DNA of 64,000 bases from Haliotis rubra (taxonomy: Eukaryota), in NCBI RefSeq assembly GCF_003918875.1, contig NW_025765070.1, forward strand, positions 1 to 64,000, given 5' to 3'. The notes under the pieces were generated by a model. That model searched no databases. It had not been told where the DNA came from and saw only the letters and a program-made list of their open reading frames with translations. The position numbers and the translations under genes were made by a program. This document shows positions 61,521-64,000 of this stretch, piece by piece. Each line of letters starts with the position of its first letter. Positions within the stretch are counted from its first letter, which is position 1.

Positions 61521-61731
61521 AAAGGGTTGTGGAGGGAATTAGTATGTTTGTTTTATTAGTAGGGTGAGTACTGTGTATCCACGGCAGATAGGGTAACTCT
61601 TCATTGCTGCTGGTAAGAGGCTACATACCGTATATAGTTAGTGAAGAGGTAGGCACATGTTCCAGATGCAGTCTGACAAGATGGTCACCAGCAGCTCTGT
61701 CTGAAGAAGAAGCCACACCTACCAACACTTA

Positions 61732-62039
61732 GGCCTAAAAAAAAGGTTGTGGTTCCGATTACCCCACAGACCCTTGAATTCTATCTAAGCAGTATGAATA
61801 AAATAACCTTTCAGATACCATTGTTTTCCCCCGGCAAAGATGGACATTGTTCATTCTGATAGAGAAAGTAGACATGATGGCCGGACGCTTGGTTGCATAA
61901 ACAATTACACATTGATAAATGTGTTATTAGTTTGTACTTTACTTCTAAAAAAAATGTTTAAAAAAACATAAAAACCTACCTAGCTACCCTATATTTTACA
62001 GAGGTGTAATTGGAGCCACAACATTTATTTTATTTGGCC
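61732..62039. mobile_element. MITE with ~33-bp imperfect TIRs (PIF/Harbinger-like)
   Basis: The left end GGCCTAAAAAAAAGGTTGTGGTTCCGATTAC matches the reverse complement of the right end, GGCCAAATAAAATAAATGTTGTGGCTCCAATTAC. Flanks are TTA and TTT. Confidence 0.7.
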
Positions 62040-62914
62040 TTTCTTAACTTGTCATTATCTGTACTCATATGGTATACTTTCTAGAAGTTTGAAAATACAC
62101 AGTTGGCCACATTCCTCAGTACTTCACATGTTGTGTACTCCTCCACACACAAGTCTTGTACTGTCATCATCACACACTCACATCAACTTATTCCTGCCGA
62201 AATTGTATGGAGCTTTACATCACTACCACTATTCCACCAGTGACATAAACCATCAGTTCAGTTACGTTAAAACTGGACACGCTCCAAAATATGGAGGGCT
62301 TCTTCAGAATGTCACTCCAACAAAAGAAACAAAGTTGGCACCGGCCCTAAGCAATCAGTGCCTGGTAATGTTGGTAAGGAGTGAATATATATGACAATAC
62401 ATGGAGCTTCTCACCTCCTGCCTAATCTCTGCCTGTTGTAAGCCAGGGCTAGGCATGACAGCTATGTGAGAGGTAGGTCTTGGCAGCCTGTCAACACATA
62501 ACATGGCCATACATACATACTGGTTATCAGTCATCTCTGGTATGTTCATGGCTGGAGTGTCACTCAGGACAGTAAATTCTTTCCAAGAAACTTATTTTCA
62601 TAACATAATATTTATCTTGCCTTACCTTATCTGTCCTGCAATATTCCATGAATTCTAACGAGACAGTTAAAAACAATTATCCTCTCTGATACAACATAGG
62701 AAAGAAAGTAAGTTTTGTTATCAGCTATAGCTGATATTTTGACTAAGAGTAAACACAAAGGAATAATGGTAAAGTAGTTTTAGGATACTGCTAATCAGCT
62801 TTGGAATGAAATACCTGACAAGGATAACTGAATTTGGCTCTATTTAAGCCAGATTGGCTATTTCTGGGAGCTAGCAATTATTAATATAATTTTTCACAAA
62901 TGCAATTCCTCAGA

Positions 62915-64000
62915 TAAAAGGCTGGATGAATGCCTTAAGGTGCTCTAACCATGCCCCTTGTCTCATCGTATAAAAGGCTGTATGAATGCCTTGAGGTGCT
63001 CTAACCATGCCCCTTGTCTCATCGTATAAAAGGCTGTATGAATGCCTTGAGGTGCTCTACCCATGCCCCTTGTCTCATCACATAAAAGGCTGTATGAATG
63101 CCTTGAGGTGCTCTAACCATATGCCTTGAGGTGCTCTAACCATGCCTTGAGGTGCTCTAACCATGCCCCTTGTCTCATCGTATAAAAGGCTGTATGAATG
63201 CCTTGAGGTGCTCTAACCATGCCTTGAGGTGCTCTAACCATATGCCTTGAGGTGCTCTAACCATGCCTTGAGGTGCTCTAACCATATGCCTTGAGGTGCT
63301 CTAACCATGCCTTGAGGTGCTCTAACCATGCCCCTTGTCTCATCGTATAAAAGGCTGTATGAATGCCTTGAGGTGCTATAACCATGCCTTGAGGTGCTCT
63401 AACCATGCCCTTTGTCTCATCACATAAAAGGCTGTATGAATGCCTTGAGTTGCTCTAACCATATGCCTTGAGGTGCTCTAACCATGCCCCTTGTCTCATC
63501 ACATAAAAGGCTGTATGAAAGCCTTGAGGTGCTCTAACCATGCCTTGAGGTGCTCTCTAACCATGCCCCTTGTCTCATCACATAAAAGGCTTATGAATGC
63601 CTTACGGTGCTCTAACCATGCCTTGAGGTGCTCTAACCATGCCCCTTGTCTCATCACATAAAAGGCTGTATGAATGCCTTGAGGTGCTCTAACCATGCCT
63701 TGAGGTGCTCTAACCATGCCCCTTGTCTCGTCACATAAAAGGCTGTATGAATGCCTTGAGGTGCTCTAACCATGCTTTGAGGTGCTCTAACCATGCCTTG
63801 AGGTGCTCTAACCATGCCCCTTGTCTCATCACATAAAAGGCTGTATGAATGCCTTGAGGTGCTCTAACCATGCCTTGAGGTGCTCTCTAACCATGCCCCT
63901 TGTCTCATCACATAAAAGGCTGTATGAAAGCCTTGAGGTGCTCTAACCATGCCTTGAGGTGCTCTAACCATGCCCCTTGTCTCATCACATAAAAGGCTGT
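62915..64000. repeat. Compound minisatellite of 21-bp and 35-bp modules, running off the window end
   Basis: ATGCCTTGAGGTGCTCTAACC (1-5 times) alternates with ATGCCCCTTGTCTCATCACATAAAAGGCTGTATGA. Confidence 0.95.

Overview
This is eukaryotic (animal) DNA, AT-rich and very repeat-dense. The SINE families with (ACTC)n tails suggest a gastropod such as abalone, which is an inference only. There are no prokaryotic features. The left ~9.6 kb is a three-copy tandem array of a ~3.04-kb unit. Each unit carries a compact, intronless minus-strand gene (TATA box, Inr-like start, 222-codon consensus ORF, AATAAA) for a Lys/Arg-rich protein I cannot assign to a family, and a decayed, SINE-interrupted paralog follows. 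The centre (20082-52582, minus strand) is a 10-coding-exon CCDC9-family gene of ~960 aa after correcting two single-base homopolymer insertions. It carries an RG-repeat tract and a canonical PAM2 (PABP-binding) motif. Introns and flanks hold three SINE families, a LINE reverse-transcriptase relic, three Helentron/HINE-type elements, a TTAA-flanked MITE with a FLYWCH/MULE fragment, two Penelope-type minimal hammerhead relics and about 20 different minisatellite arrays. Most ORFs in the supplied track are repeat artefacts. Recurrent homopolymer indels suggest an imperfectly polished long-read assembly.
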